Positions 37,157-51,274 of a stretch of DNA of 64,000 nt are shown piece after piece. The DNA is from Podarcis pityusensis (taxonomy: Eukaryota). Each line of letters opens with the position of its first letter. Positions within the stretch are counted from its first letter, which is position 1. The translations under genes were made by a program, and so were the position numbers. The notes under the pieces are model-generated. The model did no database searches. It was given only the letters and a program-made list of their open reading frames with translations, and was not told the DNA's origin. The DNA lies in assembly GCA_964106645.2 (NCBI GenBank), contig OZ067039.1. One strand, given 5' to 3'.

Positions 37157-39716
37157 GCAGGAGATATTAGCCTGACCACTTGTTTTAAAGGCTCTGCTCA
37201 CTGTCTCTCCGCTTTATGTGCCGTATTTAGTGCAAATAAAGTTCCCATCCAAGGGAGAGCCGTAATGCCTGCAGAGCTCCTTAGCGCATCCATCTTAACT
37301 ACCGAGGGTCTTAAACCTTATTATGCGTCGCCTTAAGAGAAGTCAAAACTACAAATAACTTGTCTTGAGATCCCAGGCAGGAGACACAAGTGTTTGTTTA
37401 AAGCGCGGCTGTAAAGAGGAAGATGGTGTTCAGTTCCCGTTCTGCACCAGAGCTGAAGAGGGGGTTTATTGCACCCCACCCACCCCTTTGCCGCCGTCCC
37501 CCACCCCCTTCCTGGTTGCTTGTTTCATCTTTTCACAAGCACCTCTGAGAAAGGAAGGGAAAGCAAAGGGAGCTGGCAGATTGGTGGGATTTACAACCTC
37601 GAAGTCACCCATCTCTCCAGCCCCCACTTCCTGCGATTAGACAGATCAAACCGGACACCTACCTGCGTTTATGACCCACTCCCTTTCCTGAGTGGAAAAG
37701 GATCCTGCAATAAAAGTCTAGCTTACCCATTGCTTTTATTTGAGGGGATGGGTGGGGGCTGTATATATATTATTATAGGCCACCTGGTGAGGCAATGGGG
37801 TGGAAGAGAGACCACTACAATTGCATGGGTTTAAGGGAGGGGGCATAGCTTTCGAAATAAGGGGTCTTCTACTTGATCTTTCTCCCCCCGCCCCCGCCCC
37901 CTTTTGAAACCTGCCTCTTGCAATGAAGAAGACTACAGAGAAAGTGGGGGGAGAAAGTTTCCTGCCTTGAAAAGACGGAGACAGCAAGAGGAGTGCTTTT
38001 ACCACAGGCATGCAGCTGGAGAGGCTTCGCAAATCTCCTGCAAATGCTTATAGATTACATTACAGTTCATGTTACTGCAACTGTTTATGTTCCAGACTCA
38101 AGCAAACTCTAATCCTGCCTTGTTCAGAAAATAAATAGAAAGGTCAACAGTAGTGATTCGCTTCCCCTCCCCCCTCTTCCTCCATGTTATACTTGCATCT
38201 TTGAGTCATGAATAGGGGAAAATCTGTACTTCTCAGGGAATATCACGTAGAGACCTATTGGTAGTTGTATTAATCTATTTCTGTATACGTGTGTGTAAGG
38301 TCTAGGTGTTATCCACACATCTCTTTCTCCCTCTCCACTATTTGCGTATTACATTATACAATATTAATATAATATTAATATTAATGTTATTAGATGGCTA
38401 AATGTAGACAGACATTGCAGAAGATGTAATGAACTGGATATCGGAAGTTTGGCTACTGCAAATTACTGTTTCCCATTTTCTAGACTCCAAAAAATAAAAT
38501 AAAAAACCTCAAGCAGGCATTTTAGATAGGCATATGGATGGATGGACAAATAGCTTATTAACTATCCTAATCAACCGTACACAAATTTCTCGTCTTTTGT
38601 TTGTGCTATTGAGTTTTCCTTAAGCATTAGGTTGTTCGTTTCCTTTTCCCTCGAAAGGTTATCCCTCTCTAAAACTAGAATAAACCCACCCACACAACAC
38701 CACCAGCGACAGCAGAGACAGCGACAAAAGGGCATTTACCACCATTGGGGGGGTGTTATATGGTGCAGGGCTAATATGGGTAACTGGCAGGAAAGACAGA
38801 AATTGCAAGTCAAGCAAACCACAATCGCACACAAAATCGATAACTGGGATTTCAACTCTTGACCGAATGGAAACGCCATTTGATAGAGAAGCTCTTTCAG
38901 AACCAGATCATAAATCAATACAAGCAACAAATCAGTCAATCAATGCAATTTGCATAGACGCAAGATAGACGCTTTCTCACTTTCCTTTTTTAAAAATTAT
39001 ATTTATATATATGTGTGTGTGTACACACACACACACACACACATACATAAACATACACATATATGAGAGTGACAAACAACAAATAATAATATATTCAACA
39101 ACCCCCACACCGCACGCAGCAAGCACACACACATACATTAAAGAGCTGTACTGAGCGAAACGAGTGAATACCAGCAGAAGTCTGGTATCAGGAATACTTT
39201 CCCAAAGACGAAAATGCCCCATCCCCCACGTCTCTGCTGAATTGCTAAACATATCACACTATTCTCAAGGAGAATATATATATTTTCCTAAACACTCTCC
39301 TACAAATTAATTAATATTCTCAATGGGTTTCTTGTTCTTTACTGTTAGCCGTTTTAAAGTGTTCTAATTTATAAGGCTCCCACGGGAGATATACAAATAG
39401 AACTCCATTCACAATACCCTCAAATGGAAACCAAAGACTTGACGGGAGAGAAGAGGCAATGGAAATAAACGGTGTGTTTGTGTGTTGTGAAGAATGGTCC
39501 AAACGAAAGAACGACATGAAAGTTCCCTTTCTTGATAAGGATATGAAGGCAATAAAATTCATCCAGGTACGTACTTCTTTCACGAGGTGTGCGTGGGGCT
39601 AACCTTTTGGGGTCTTTTAGGCAATCGCAATTGATCTAAAACTTTGCTCCCAGCAAATATTTGCACGGGATGTGCCGTCGGTGTGTTTGCAGCGCCTTAA
39701 AAGCAAATATACTTTG

Positions 39717-39805
39717 GCTGGAGTCCTAGGCACACACTGACCTAGGAGTAAGACCCACCCAACTCAACGGGGTTGACTTTTTGAGAAGACACGTATTGGA
39801 TGGCA
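39717..39805. mobile_element. Palindromic MITE-like element, diverged
   Basis: GACCTAGGAGTAAGACCC..AACTCAACGGGGTTGACTTTTTGAG. Confidence 0.55.
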
Positions 39806-41654
39806 TTGTCTGACAGCCAGCTGCTGGATGTGTTCATATACAGTGAAGGTGGGTACTATTGGTATGTGTTGGACATTCCCTACCCTTTCAACCTCGAGAA
39901 TTGTTATTATTCCCATGTTTACAAACTTGAACGCATATATGGTCAACGGAATGGAAGAAGGTTGTCCCAAATGCTAAAACATGAGATTTCAACCCTCTAG
40001 GATCCTCCTCTCCAAAAACTCGCCAAATAAACCCTGCACCTGGTCAATTTCTTTATCTTCTTACTCTTCCCGTCCATCCACCCATCCCAAAGGGCTTCCA
40101 ATATAACCTGCGCTCTGAAAGGACTTTCTGATGCTTTTGGTCAAGCCCTGAGCGCCCCTCTCACTTCCTTATTGGAACCCTCAAGGATACACATCTAGCA
40201 AGAACTCTCGGGTCTTACAAAGTGGACACAGTCCGATGATCCCTCGCCAGCCAGCTCTGCTCAGCTATTCAAACATTGATGGCTTTTGTTTTTTTAAAAA
40301 AATCTTTTGCAATTCAACTTGCAAGGGAAACGCTAGCCCTTTGCTTGCCGTCTGCTCTGTGACCGACTGTGAGCCGGCTTGAGGCAGTGAGATAGGGAGG
40401 GATAGGTATCTAAACAAATCAAACAGCACTCTTCCATTCCGTCACCTTTCTTTTTTCTTTTTATCAAATAAGAGGAAGTCCTGGTTGAGACTCTAAGCAG
40501 ATAGGTAGAGAAATCGTTCCTCTTCCCATTAAAAAGCAGCGTCTAGTTCACTACAATGTGGGAAACTGCTGTTGTTTCAACAATAGCACCTGCCTCCTCC
40601 CAGAACATTCCAACTTTAATTTTATTTTTTTTATATACATCATGTGTATATATACTCATGTGATTTTTTAAAAACTGAGCTCGTTTACTATGGCGTTCAA
40701 TTTTTATTCCCAGTTATTCGGAAATAATTTTAAAGAAAGTACCCATGAGTTACAAAGATTTCCACGTGAGAGCTCCCAATATTAATAATAATCTTAATTA
40801 AATAAGATTAATTAATAAAATGTGTGATTCATAAAAATGTGTGGTCCTCTCTACCTGTGGAAGAACATGGTCTATAGTCATATTTCTATTCTTTTAAAAA
40901 AATCCAAACGGATACACAATTTCTAAGTAAAATAAAATAAAATATCAAGCTCTGACTAATGAAGTTTGACAGAATTACTTGGGGTGATGGTGTCAGGGAA
41001 GGCGGGGTGGGGGTGGGGAAGAATGGGAATGTGGCAGACGTGTGAATGTCACATTGCCTCTGTCAGTCACAACATGTTTTCTTCTGTTTGGCTTTCACAC
41101 ATATATATCATCGCCTATATGTTATTTCCTCTTGTTGAGTGGAGGACAAGGACCACGTGATCCCATTCCGGGCATGCTCCTTGTCATTCTGGAAATAGTT
41201 TTGATTTCACAGGAGGACACAAATCTTGCAGGTACCTTTCCATCTTTCGGTAGTAGAAAGGTCAGTTTGAAAGTATCAGCCACCCCCAAATATCCATTAT
41301 GGGGAAAGAAAACAAAAACCAAGAAATAGTCGAGAGAATTGATGGGGGTGGGGGACTCAAAGCTTCCTGTAATCATAACTCCTCAGAGTAATTTCCCATT
41401 CTGCAGATGAAAGACTGCTTTGTGAACGCTTCTCTGAGATGGGGTGCTGAACTTCTCTCTCTCTTCCACCTCCTGGTGGGGGCAGACCCATGAAGATCCA
41501 TGTGTATTGCATCAGAGATCAATAATTTAAATACTGTATATATATTGTATATGAATTGACAGAACGTCTGTGGTTATAGGTAAATATATAGATATAGATA
41601 TAGATCTGTTTAGTGGCAATGCCCTAATTCCCACAGGGCCAAGAAAGAAGGTAT

Positions 41655-41775
41655 TGAGCCAGTCACCAACTCTCAGCCTAACCTTCCTCACAGGGATGTT
41701 GTGAGGGTAAAAGTGTAGGGGAGGAACATCTACGCCCCCTTGAGCTTCCTGGAGGAAAAACATGATATAAATATG
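41655..41775 (+). mobile_element. MIR/CORE-like SINE 3' part
   Basis: CTCTCAGCCTAACCTTCCTCACAGGGATGTTGTGAGG...CCTTGAGCTTCCTGGAGGAAAAACATGATATAAAT. Confidence 0.6.
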
Positions 41776-41845
41776 ATAGATAAATCCAATAGGCAGGTGG
41801 GTGGGTTGGTGGATCTCTATCTATCTGTCTGAAATCAATAATGTA

Positions 41846-41916
41846 CAGGGCGAGTCCTTTAAAAGAGGCCCCGTGGATACATGTTCCACGGGGCCTCTTT
41901 TAAAGGACTCACCCTG
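41846..41916. mobile_element. Tc1/mariner-type hairpin MITE (71 bp, TA-flanked)
   Basis: 32-bp inverted arms with one mismatch, 7-nt loop, CAGGG...CCCTG termini, TA on both sides. Confidence 0.85.
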
Positions 41917-41954
41917 TATAATAGGTTTCTACAATATCCAAAGATACGGAGCCT

Positions 41955-42075
41955 CTGGCGCTCCAGACATTGTAAGACTACAACTCCCATCATTTCCAAC
42001 CACGCACTATGCTGACTGAGGATGATGGGAGTTGTAGTATAGTAACACATGGAAAGCCACAGGTTCTCCATCCGT
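41955..42075. mobile_element. Non-autonomous DNA transposon (hAT-like MITE)
   Basis: Internal inverted repeat ACTACAACTCCCATCAT / ATGATGGGAGTTGTAGT, typical of lizard MITEs. Confidence 0.7.
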
Positions 42076-43953
42076 TTATTAATGGATCAGACCAATGCTC
42101 ATACCCTTTTCCGAACAATTGAGGCAGCACAAGCATCAAATGAGGCGCTATGATGGTCTCCTAAAGTTTGTCCTCCAGTACCTGGTATCGAGGGAGGTAC
42201 CCTTATAAGCCTCTGTGGAGGTACAATTTAGGAATCGTGGCTAAGTGCAATCCACAGAGTTCTTTCCAGCATGAACTGAATTCTTATACGAAGCTGTCGA
42301 AGAGAGAAGCCACCACTGCTTCTTCTGGCAGTAGCGAATGCTATTGTGAAGACCTATGAGCACGAATTAGAATCCAAGCTGATGGTATCTGTTTACTTAG
42401 TGGGACCAGCATTTCTCTTCGTGGGTTTGGCAAATGAAGGCACGTTTCAAAGCCGTGGGAAAGTAAACTGTGATAAAGCCACTGATTCCAACCTAAACCT
42501 TAGGCTGACCTCTCCTAACTTTTGATTTCTCCTCCTCCTCCTCCTCCTCCTCCTCCTCCTGCCCATCTAAGTAAGGAACTCGCTTTGCAGCACAAGCTTC
42601 CTATCAACTGCCAAAAGCAAATATCTCCCCCATGCATGCTTTCCATATAATCCTTAACTACAACGTATGGGGGGAAACCTGTTTCAGGTCCAAGTGTGGG
42701 TTGCCTCAAAACAGCATCTTTTTTTCAGATAAAGCTGGACACGACTTAGCAGGACACCAGCCACCATCTTTTTTCCATCTAGCTATAAAGGGGGGATTTG
42801 CAATACTCCCAGCAGAACCATACCGAATAGCTGAATTGCCCAGTTCAACAAACGTTAAAGGAGCTCATCTGTCGCCTACGTAAGCGCCCTGGGGCAAGGC
42901 TGGATCTCCTTTGCGCAAAAGCACTATGACCTGAGTCAGATTTCCAACGCTTCAGCTGAGCATGGTTGGAGGGAATGCCAAGTCCTTTTATTTTGTTTTT
43001 AATGGGCTCACCTCAGATGGGAACCGTTTAATTATACAGTGAACTCCCATCTTATGCTCCACATTACTGTGTTAAATAGTGCAAAGGTACCGAACTACTA
43101 CCACTACTATTAGTAGTAGTGTGCCTCCTCCTCCCTCTCTCTCCTTCTCTTTGTCTTACAACCTCCCCGCCCCCACCCCAACACCGTCAGGCAGCATTTC
43201 CCTGCGTAGGTTCATGTCACAGAAGACCAACACCCAATGGACACCTTCCAAAGGAATTAGAGTTTGAGATATAGCATTCTACTGCTCCATGTAAATTCCT
43301 TCATTGCTTGCTGCTTTTTGTTTTTATTTATTTTATTTAAGGCTCCTTCCATTGGCTCATTAAAGATGTGTGTGGTCTTTCTCAAGGAAGCTGCTTCTGG
43401 AGTGGACTTTGTCCTAAGAGGCTAGCAACCTCAGTTTGCTGCAGCCAATTAAGATGCGCTATTGCACCCAGGTGAAGGAAAGGTAAAGCAACCTCTGTCA
43501 ATCACCCCACTCTCCCTTCAAAAAAAGAGCTGGGTGGTCAGGATATTGAGTGTGCCCCCTGTGGTTAATGTGGTCCAAACTGGTAAGGGTCAGAGGATTT
43601 TTGTAGCTTTCTACATAGAGGAACAACCTGTTTTTCTTTCACAAGGAGTCACTGCTGTTATAATGGGCCTTCCAGAACATTTGGCTTGGCTGTAGGCAAT
43701 AGGGATGGTCTTGGTCCCACTAGCTAAATACTGAGTAGGAGCAGAGTGTGTGTTTACTTTAGGCCTGTGTGCATCCTCCCACTGATGTATTGGCATCCCT
43801 AAGTCTTAATAAGACAGAGAAAGTTCTAGCATGTAGTCTAAGTAAATTATATGATTGCACAATATACAAGAAACAATATGCAAGAAAAACTGAACCCAAG
43901 TGTCCTCCCACCTAGAAGCTCCTGCCTGGATTTTAATGTCATTTTCAGTGAAC

Positions 43954-44133
43954 GGGACAATAGTTCAATGGTAGGGCATATTTCTGCACACAGAATAGCC
44001 CAGCTTAAGTTGCTGGTTATATCAGTTTAAAAACTTGGTATCAGCTCATGGAAAAGACCTCTGGTGGAAGACTGCTGCTGGCTGGATTAGATGGGCCAAT
44101 AATTTGACCTGGTATAAGGCAGCTTCAGTGTTC
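43954..44133 (+). mobile_element. tRNA-derived SINE (Squam3-like), diverged
   Basis: Head GGGACAATAGTTCAATGGTAGGGCAT; tail TGACCTGGTATAAGGCAGCTTCAGTGTT, related to the 17062-17236 copy. Confidence 0.65.
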
Positions 44134-44525
44134 AGACCTGCCTTGCGCTAACACAAGATCACAGAACATCCACATTAAAATACAAGAAACTTCAGACCTG
44201 TATAGTGGAAGGTAAGTGGACACAAAGAGAAATGTGCTGTATAATGATAACCTTATGGGAGCATCTTCCAACAAGAAAGAGTATTCTGGCACCTTGAGGA
44301 CTTGGAGTGTCTGGCTGGCTGGATTCCATCCTTTGACCCCATGTTACCAGTACTGTAAACCCAGTCCCAATAACCGAGGTTCCCAATTCAGTGTTGCTAT
44401 GAAAGCAGGGTTGCACAATGCTGAAAACCCACGTGTGGTTTTTCCATTCCTGCTCTAATGAATGCAAATCAAATCCAGTGGAACCAAGACTATAATTTAG
44501 CCCCGGAGAAGTAGGTAGGGGAGTG

Positions 44526-44654
44526 NNNNNNNNNNNNNNNNNNNNNNNNNNNNNNNNNNNNNNNNNNNNNNNNNNNNNNNNNNNNNNNNNNNNNNNNNNN
44601 NNNNNNNNNNNNNNNNNNNNNNNNNNNNNNNNNNNNNNNNNNNNNNNNNNNNNN
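44526..44654. other. Assembly gap / masked run (N)
   Basis: Run of N. Confidence 1.
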
Positions 44655-47600
44655 GGGAGGAACAGAGAAAGAAAGAATTTGTGTCTGGCCCATGTTTGAA
44701 GATTCTGTCTTCAAACATTATTGTCAGTTTACTACCGGCTTAGGCCACAACGCTTTATAATTTAAATGACTGGTTTTACACATCTTTACACCCCAATAAA
44801 CATGTTTACTCAGAAGTCCGTCTCCTTCATTTCAACTGGTCTCACTTTCAAATACATATCATAGAGCTCGCAAATTTCCACGCCCCGTTAAACTGAGTGA
44901 AGGAAACTTCTGAAATATTGATTGCCCTCCTTGTTTTTTTCGGGTGGCCCAATAAGAATCAGGGTATTTGAGGGGAGCAGAATAGTGAAAGCCTTTGAAG
45001 ACTGAAGAAGTGTTTAAGACTGCTGTGGAAGAATATGAAGGCTTTGGGAACTTAATGAAGTGTGCGTATGTGTGTGTGTGTGTTTTATGCCTACGTGTTT
45101 GTGAGTGTGTGTGCACTGCTGCTAACTTCCTCTTTTCTGATTTCTCTCAGTCAGCCTATCCAGACTGTAAGGACATACTCATCTCTGAGGAAAGGGGAGG
45201 ATCTTCCATGTTTCGTGATGAAGATCTATTGGTTAGAACAGGACTGGGCAGATGGTAAATCAGGATCTACGAATGGATCTCTCTCGGGATGGTTTGCAGT
45301 AGACCGGCAAGGTTTTATTTTGGGGTTTTTTTTACTCCAAATGGTTTAACAATAGCAACAATTTTGTTAAAAAGGCTCCCCCTCCCTTAAATTAGGTGTC
45401 TGAAACGGAAGGCTTGGGAGGGAGGAGCCAGGAATTAAGTCGTCTGCGAAAGGACTGTAAGATCAGTTAAGGACCTTCTGAATGCTATATCTTAGATTGA
45501 GTGTGTGCTCAAAGGCATCCTGGAGGCACAGTAGCACCCCTCGCCCGCATACCAACATTTTGCATTTTGTGGATCTCGATGTTCTAGTAAAAAACAAAGT
45601 AGATCCGTCCAACCTGAAGTATGCCCTCCCCTCGGTTAGAAGAACTATGAAGAAAGGAAACGCAGCCACCATAGAACGTTTTCATCTAAGAAAAGTGTCG
45701 CCAGAAAGCCAGCGTCAGAACAGGACTGTCAATCATACTTTTGGAAAGCAGAATCTTCTCCCTCAGATCATCCCCCTTCACACCGCCCAGACTTTATTGA
45801 GGCCTATACAAAGGACAGCTGTTCTCTTTTCGGGAAGAGCTTCAGCAACATCCTATTGGGGACCTTCCTGAGTGAAATTTGATTTTCCCACTTTCCTAGA
45901 GAAAGATGGAAGATAGAAAGGGGAGGAGAGGGAGATATTCTAGAAATGGCATTTTTTTCTAAATGGAGAAAAGGGGACATCGTTCCGTTGTTTGCACAGG
46001 GAAATGAAGAAAAGGGTGTGCTTTCTTTTTTCATTCCCATGTGTTCAGAAGAGACTTTCTTCATTGTCCTGAAGATGTTGTTGGAAGGCGACGAATGTCC
46101 TTCAATAGTTCTACTGAGAACCTCGGAGTGGTTGACATTTATGAAGGTCTGTCTATCCGCCACACTGCCTAAGTGGATTGTGCCGACGTCCTTTTGGGTA
46201 GCTTGTGTTCAAGCTTTCTCTGAGGCTTACAAAATTCTGTTTTCCTCTCCCCTCTGTGACCTTCCTATCATCCCATTGAACACCCTAGTCAGCTTTCCAG
46301 TTCAACTTTTGCTGATGACTGTCACCAGCACCAACCCTTAGGAAACCAAGCGAGGCGACTGGCACAAAATACAGGGTGCCTTCTGTCTGGTATGGAGTTG
46401 CTTGGATAACTGGGCCACAATGTCACGAACCAACCAGCCAAAGAAACTTTTTAAAAGCCACAATGTAACTCCTTTTTGCCTTTAACTTCAGTGCTGTTGT
46501 TAGTTGGGGCTGAGGATCGGGAACTGTGTTAAGGATGAGTTGGATGATATCCCAACGATAGTTTCTCTGCTCATTGGGCATGACAGCAATGTGTCAGTTG
46601 CACCTGAGTTTTAAACACAGTTAGTTTGGAAGCAGATCACAAAGATCTGCTCCAGACCTACATCGCCAAATTGGTAAGGGTAAGACAGGAGCAGTACACT
46701 TGCATTCCCTCTCTCTCTCTCTGGCCTAGGTAAATTGCGACTGATTGCCAGACCAGTAGCTATCAAAATAAACCAGAAACTTCCCAGAAAGTCCATGCAG
46801 GAAGACACCATCCGATCAAGATTTGGCCTATCAGTATGGAATTATGGTGAAGCTCCCAAAGCTATATGGCACTCCGAGGAAACTTAACTGATAATCTTTC
46901 CTAGGCACCAGCCTGCCGTTATAAGTGAATTCCATCAATGCAACAACAGAACTGAGAAAGAACATATTCGGGGTTAAACTGAGGACAGTGCAAGGATATA
47001 TCGAATGATTATAACAGCATTTGCACAGCGCTTTTTGAGCGTGCAAGGAGCTCCACGTCACTGCTATTCCAACATCGCTGCTCTTATCCCCAGACCGCAG
47101 GTGGACTGGTAGATCTATAGTGCCTTGCCTAAGGCCACTGAGGCCAAATTTCAACCGGATCATCCAGTTCACCACCAGGGGAAAAAAGATTCACTGGCTA
47201 GAAAAAGCTGCCCCTTGAATCGTAGTGGCAGTTACGTTAATGAGACTCACACGCACACACGTACAAATAATGTATACACGGACTTATGCAACGCTGGTGG
47301 GAAATATATTTCTCACACACCCATATACACACTTCTCTCATGGTCTACTCCAGCGTTCTCTTCCTTCCCCTCCCTTCATTTCTCCCTAGGACAAAGATCT
47401 GGCCAGACTTTCCGGCCTAGCTTCAACCTTCTTCCACTCCACCTGCCAACACCCGCGATGCGTACAGAGCAGCCAACGTCTCAGCCCAACTCCAGCGCGC
47501 ATGCACTTTACCCCGCCGCCGCCACCACCACACAAACTTCTTTTTTCTTCTACCCATTAAGCAAGTATTGTACCCGGGGACATTTAAATGTATCTCTCAA

Positions 47601-48864
47601 CCCAGCTGCAAGAGGCAGTCCAAACATTTTGACCGAAAGTTTCTGTTCAGAGGGGGGAACTCCCACCACCCCATCAGATCTCGAGCGTCTTCAGAGAGGT
47701 GTAGAAAGCGGGTGGGAGAAGAAGGGAATGAATCAACCGCTGCCTAACTAAGTAGAAGAAGGTTTGGGTCCTTATCTCATTTTCCACAAGCCCCGAGGAA
47801 GTCAGGAAGGGGAACAAAGGTCTGATCTTGCTTCTTGATAACCGCCACTCTCGACGTGCGCTCCAGAAAGCTTCCCCACACCATCACCTCCATCACCCTG
47901 GAGGAAAAAGCCTTACGCTCCACACTTTCACCCCTCCCCCAACTTCGTAGCCAAGGTGCAACTGAATTCCTCTCCCCCCCACCCCACACCCCGCACCTCC
48001 ACAAGAAAGCTGGATACCATGTTAGAAGCTGGGAGGGGATGGCGTGGGGAGAGGAGCGCGAAAAAAAAAAAAAAAAGCGGGGGAAAGAAATTAACTTACT
48101 GATCTCGCCAGGGATCCATTTGGGAAGATGTGCCTTCCCTAACAGCAGTCCAAGACGTCGTAATCCGCACTAACTGCCTTGTCCCACTGTCCCAGCATTA
48201 AACAGCTCCAGCAGCTGCGATGGTGGACAGTTAAGATTATATATGATGTAAATATATTGTGGGTATGTCAGCTCCCCCAAACCATAAAACTTAGTTTAAT
48301 GACATCACGTGCTCACCGAGAGCCATTCAGGGCTTTTGCTTTGGGCTATCCACATAAATAACCTTCAAAAGTTTTAAACTACTAAATTCACTTAGAAGCC
48401 ATGGGTATTTCTGCTAATGTTCTCAGGGATAGTCAAAGCCTTGGCTCAAAAAGTCCTGGATTATTATTATTATTATTGTTATTATTTTTCATCCTCTCTT
48501 TTAAAGCACACACACGCGCGCACACACTGGAACTTTGGGTCTGTCATTTTTTCCCCCTTCCCTCGCCCTCCCTTTCTTGTTTGGAGGCCTTTTTAAAGTC
48601 CCCACTGTGTTGACACGGATGACAGTGAAAGGTAAGCGATGTTTCATTTCCTTCTTGGCTTTGCAAGACTTCTTTAGGAACGGACTGAAAAGCAGGAGAA
48701 AGAGTGGAAGGAGGGGGGCTGTTAGATATTGAATAGCAAAAGTCAATGACAAGCCCAACAACCAAATATTAATCAGTCCTGAAAAATTACTTTTTAAAAA
48801 GACAGGGAAGAGGCCCAAATAGACCCACGTTGTTCGCTGGATCAACGCACAATTATTCACAAGG

Positions 48865-48867
<3 letters not shown>

Positions 48868-48908
<41 letters not shown>
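48868..48908. repeat. (TA)n microsatellite
   Basis: Direct reading. Confidence 0.95.
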
Positions 48909-48911
<3 letters not shown>

Positions 48912-50011
48912 TGTATATATAACCGACTGGCTTGCGTTATGATAATGGAAAAGTTTTGGACTACTATGTGCGTAAAGGCTTCTCTCCCCCCGCCTTAAGA
49001 TAAAACAATAGAACATCTGATTTTGTTAATTCTAACCTGTCAAACCCAATTATTCCCTGGCAGACTTCCGACTAAAGGGAAAGGAACACCACGGTTTAGG
49101 GGTGGGGTGAGCAGAGAAGACCAAATAGAACGAAACAGATGTAAAAACAACCACCTTTGGTTTCAGTGCACAGCTATCAAGATCTGCCAAGTCTGTTTCG
49201 GTGCCTCAATAAACACTCCATAGATTTACACAGGGTAGCTTATTATTTTCAAACATCAAGATGACATATATACATTTAAATGCTCAGAGAATGTTCCAAT
49301 ATTTGTTGTTGTTGTTGTTGTTTTTGCTGCTGCTGATACTCCTGGGAAGGCACACATGATTTGCAAACACAAGACAATAAGGAAGGCTCCTCTTGGATCA
49401 AACAAAAATGGAATAGAGTAAACCCCAGTGCTTTGATCTCCGTTACATGATTTGACTGATATTTGCGTAAAATCAAATCATATGACAAGTTAAGCCTGGA
49501 AAGGGGAGGGAAAGGAAACTTTCAAGTGGACTGTAAAATTGCCATAACATAAATTGTCATCGCCTTCGTGACAGTATTATTTGATCTTCTCAAAGAGGAC
49601 ACTAAATAATAACTACAATAATAAAATATCAATAAACTTCAGAAATAGAGCACTATTTAAGTCAGAGGGACTCCATGAAAAGCTGGGAATCTTAGGAGGT
49701 AAAGCCAGTTTTATCCTTAAGAGCTTCCACTGTCATTAAAATAAACTTTTGTTTTCAGGTTCAGGAAATGGCTCCATTGTTTGAAATGTGTAAAGGAAAT
49801 ACTATAAAGGTTTATTGAGCCATTGAGGGTCTCTCCCAAGCGTTTGTACTGTAAATAGCTCCGAAAACACCTCAGGCATGACCTCCGGTGTGTGTGACTG
49901 TGTGAGAGATAGTTGGTGTGTGTCTGGTGAAACACACACATACGTGAAATATACATGCACAGTTTTATCCCTCCCCAATCTCCACAGGCCTGTGCATGCA
50001 TAGCCCCAAAC

Positions 50012-50117
50012 TGTGCATGCACACGAAAGCTTATACCAAGAACTAACTTAGTTGGTCTTTAAGGTGCTACAGGAAAGAATTTTTTACTTCGACTATGGCA
50101 GACCAACACGGCTACCC
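50012..50117. mobile_element. Penelope-like element terminal fragment
   Basis: CACGAAAGCTTATACC...GTTGGTCTTTAAGGTGCTAC...CAGACCAACACGGCTACCC, typical of reptile Penelope ends; 54 bp identical (inverted) to 5674-5727. Confidence 0.65.
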
Positions 50118-51274
50118 ATCTATTACTGAATCCAATAACACTACTATATGAAGAAGAGGACGAAGAAGAAGAAGAAATCATAGATAGGCATAGAAGTCAT
50201 CTTTAAACGCATAGAAAGAGATTACAGGTTTCAAAAGGAGTAGAGGACTATTAGCTTTCTTATGTTGCACCTAAACCAGAGAAACTTTCGCAAATATCGT
50301 GCTTTATAAACCACACGTTGAAGTTTTGCGCAGCCCAGGGTTAAATCCTACCATTCTCTGCCCAACTCAGTCGTACTTGTTCTAGTGATCACACATACAC
50401 ACAGCGTCTCAGAAAGACCTACTGCCTTCACAAATCGCCCAGTTCTTGCACAACTTTCACTTAATGTCGATGGAAAGTTGTCTGAAGGGAGGGGCCGAGA
50501 GCCTAGCCCGGTAATTCTGTTCTACAGGGTTAAAAAGGCAATCTTATTTAGAAAGGTAGTCTTGCCTGCATCTGGACTATTAGATTATTGTAAACTGAAG
50601 GAAGGAATTATCAGGGAAAGAAACAAAGCGATCGTACGAAGACCTTTGGAGGACTTTTGAAGAACCCAGAACTATGTTGTTCAAACACTAGGACAGGTCA
50701 AGAATTGTTCAACAGTTCAAAAAAGAGGCATTCACTCCAGAAAGCTTGTGACGAGACCTACAACTGAGTACACATCACCCAAAGTTCTTTTATTGGGGAC
50801 GCAGCAGGGGCGACATAAGATACATAAAAGCCCAACCCATAGCCCATCCGAAGTTAAACACTAGGCTTTGACCGATTTCCACTGCAACCCTTGCTTGAAA
50901 TTGTTCCCCCGCCTCAATGGGGCTTACTTCCAACTTGCGTTTGAAGTAAATCTCATTGCGTTGAATGGGATTCTGAGCTTCATTCCAGAGGCTTGTTCCA
51001 TCCAAAGTTTAGCGCCTGGGAAGTCCCATCGATTTCATTGCAAGAGGTTTGTGCTAAACTCTCCCACTGATATCAATATGACTTCACAAGTGCTGAACTT
51101 TGGATGGCTCGTGCCTCAGACTGACGGGGATTTGTTCTCGTTTTACATATTTATATATTTGAAAACAATTGACAGCAAAATAACAGTGGAAGTGCGGGTT
51201 TGGAGACAGCGCTCGAGCAAAGGCACCTCATATACGTTTTTCTCCCGCACTCCAAAATTGGCCTTAGGTGTTGA

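Noticed and set aside
47125-47751. 208-aa plus-strand ORF
   Set aside because: Non-ATG start, no recognisable domain, includes CA-type low complexity.
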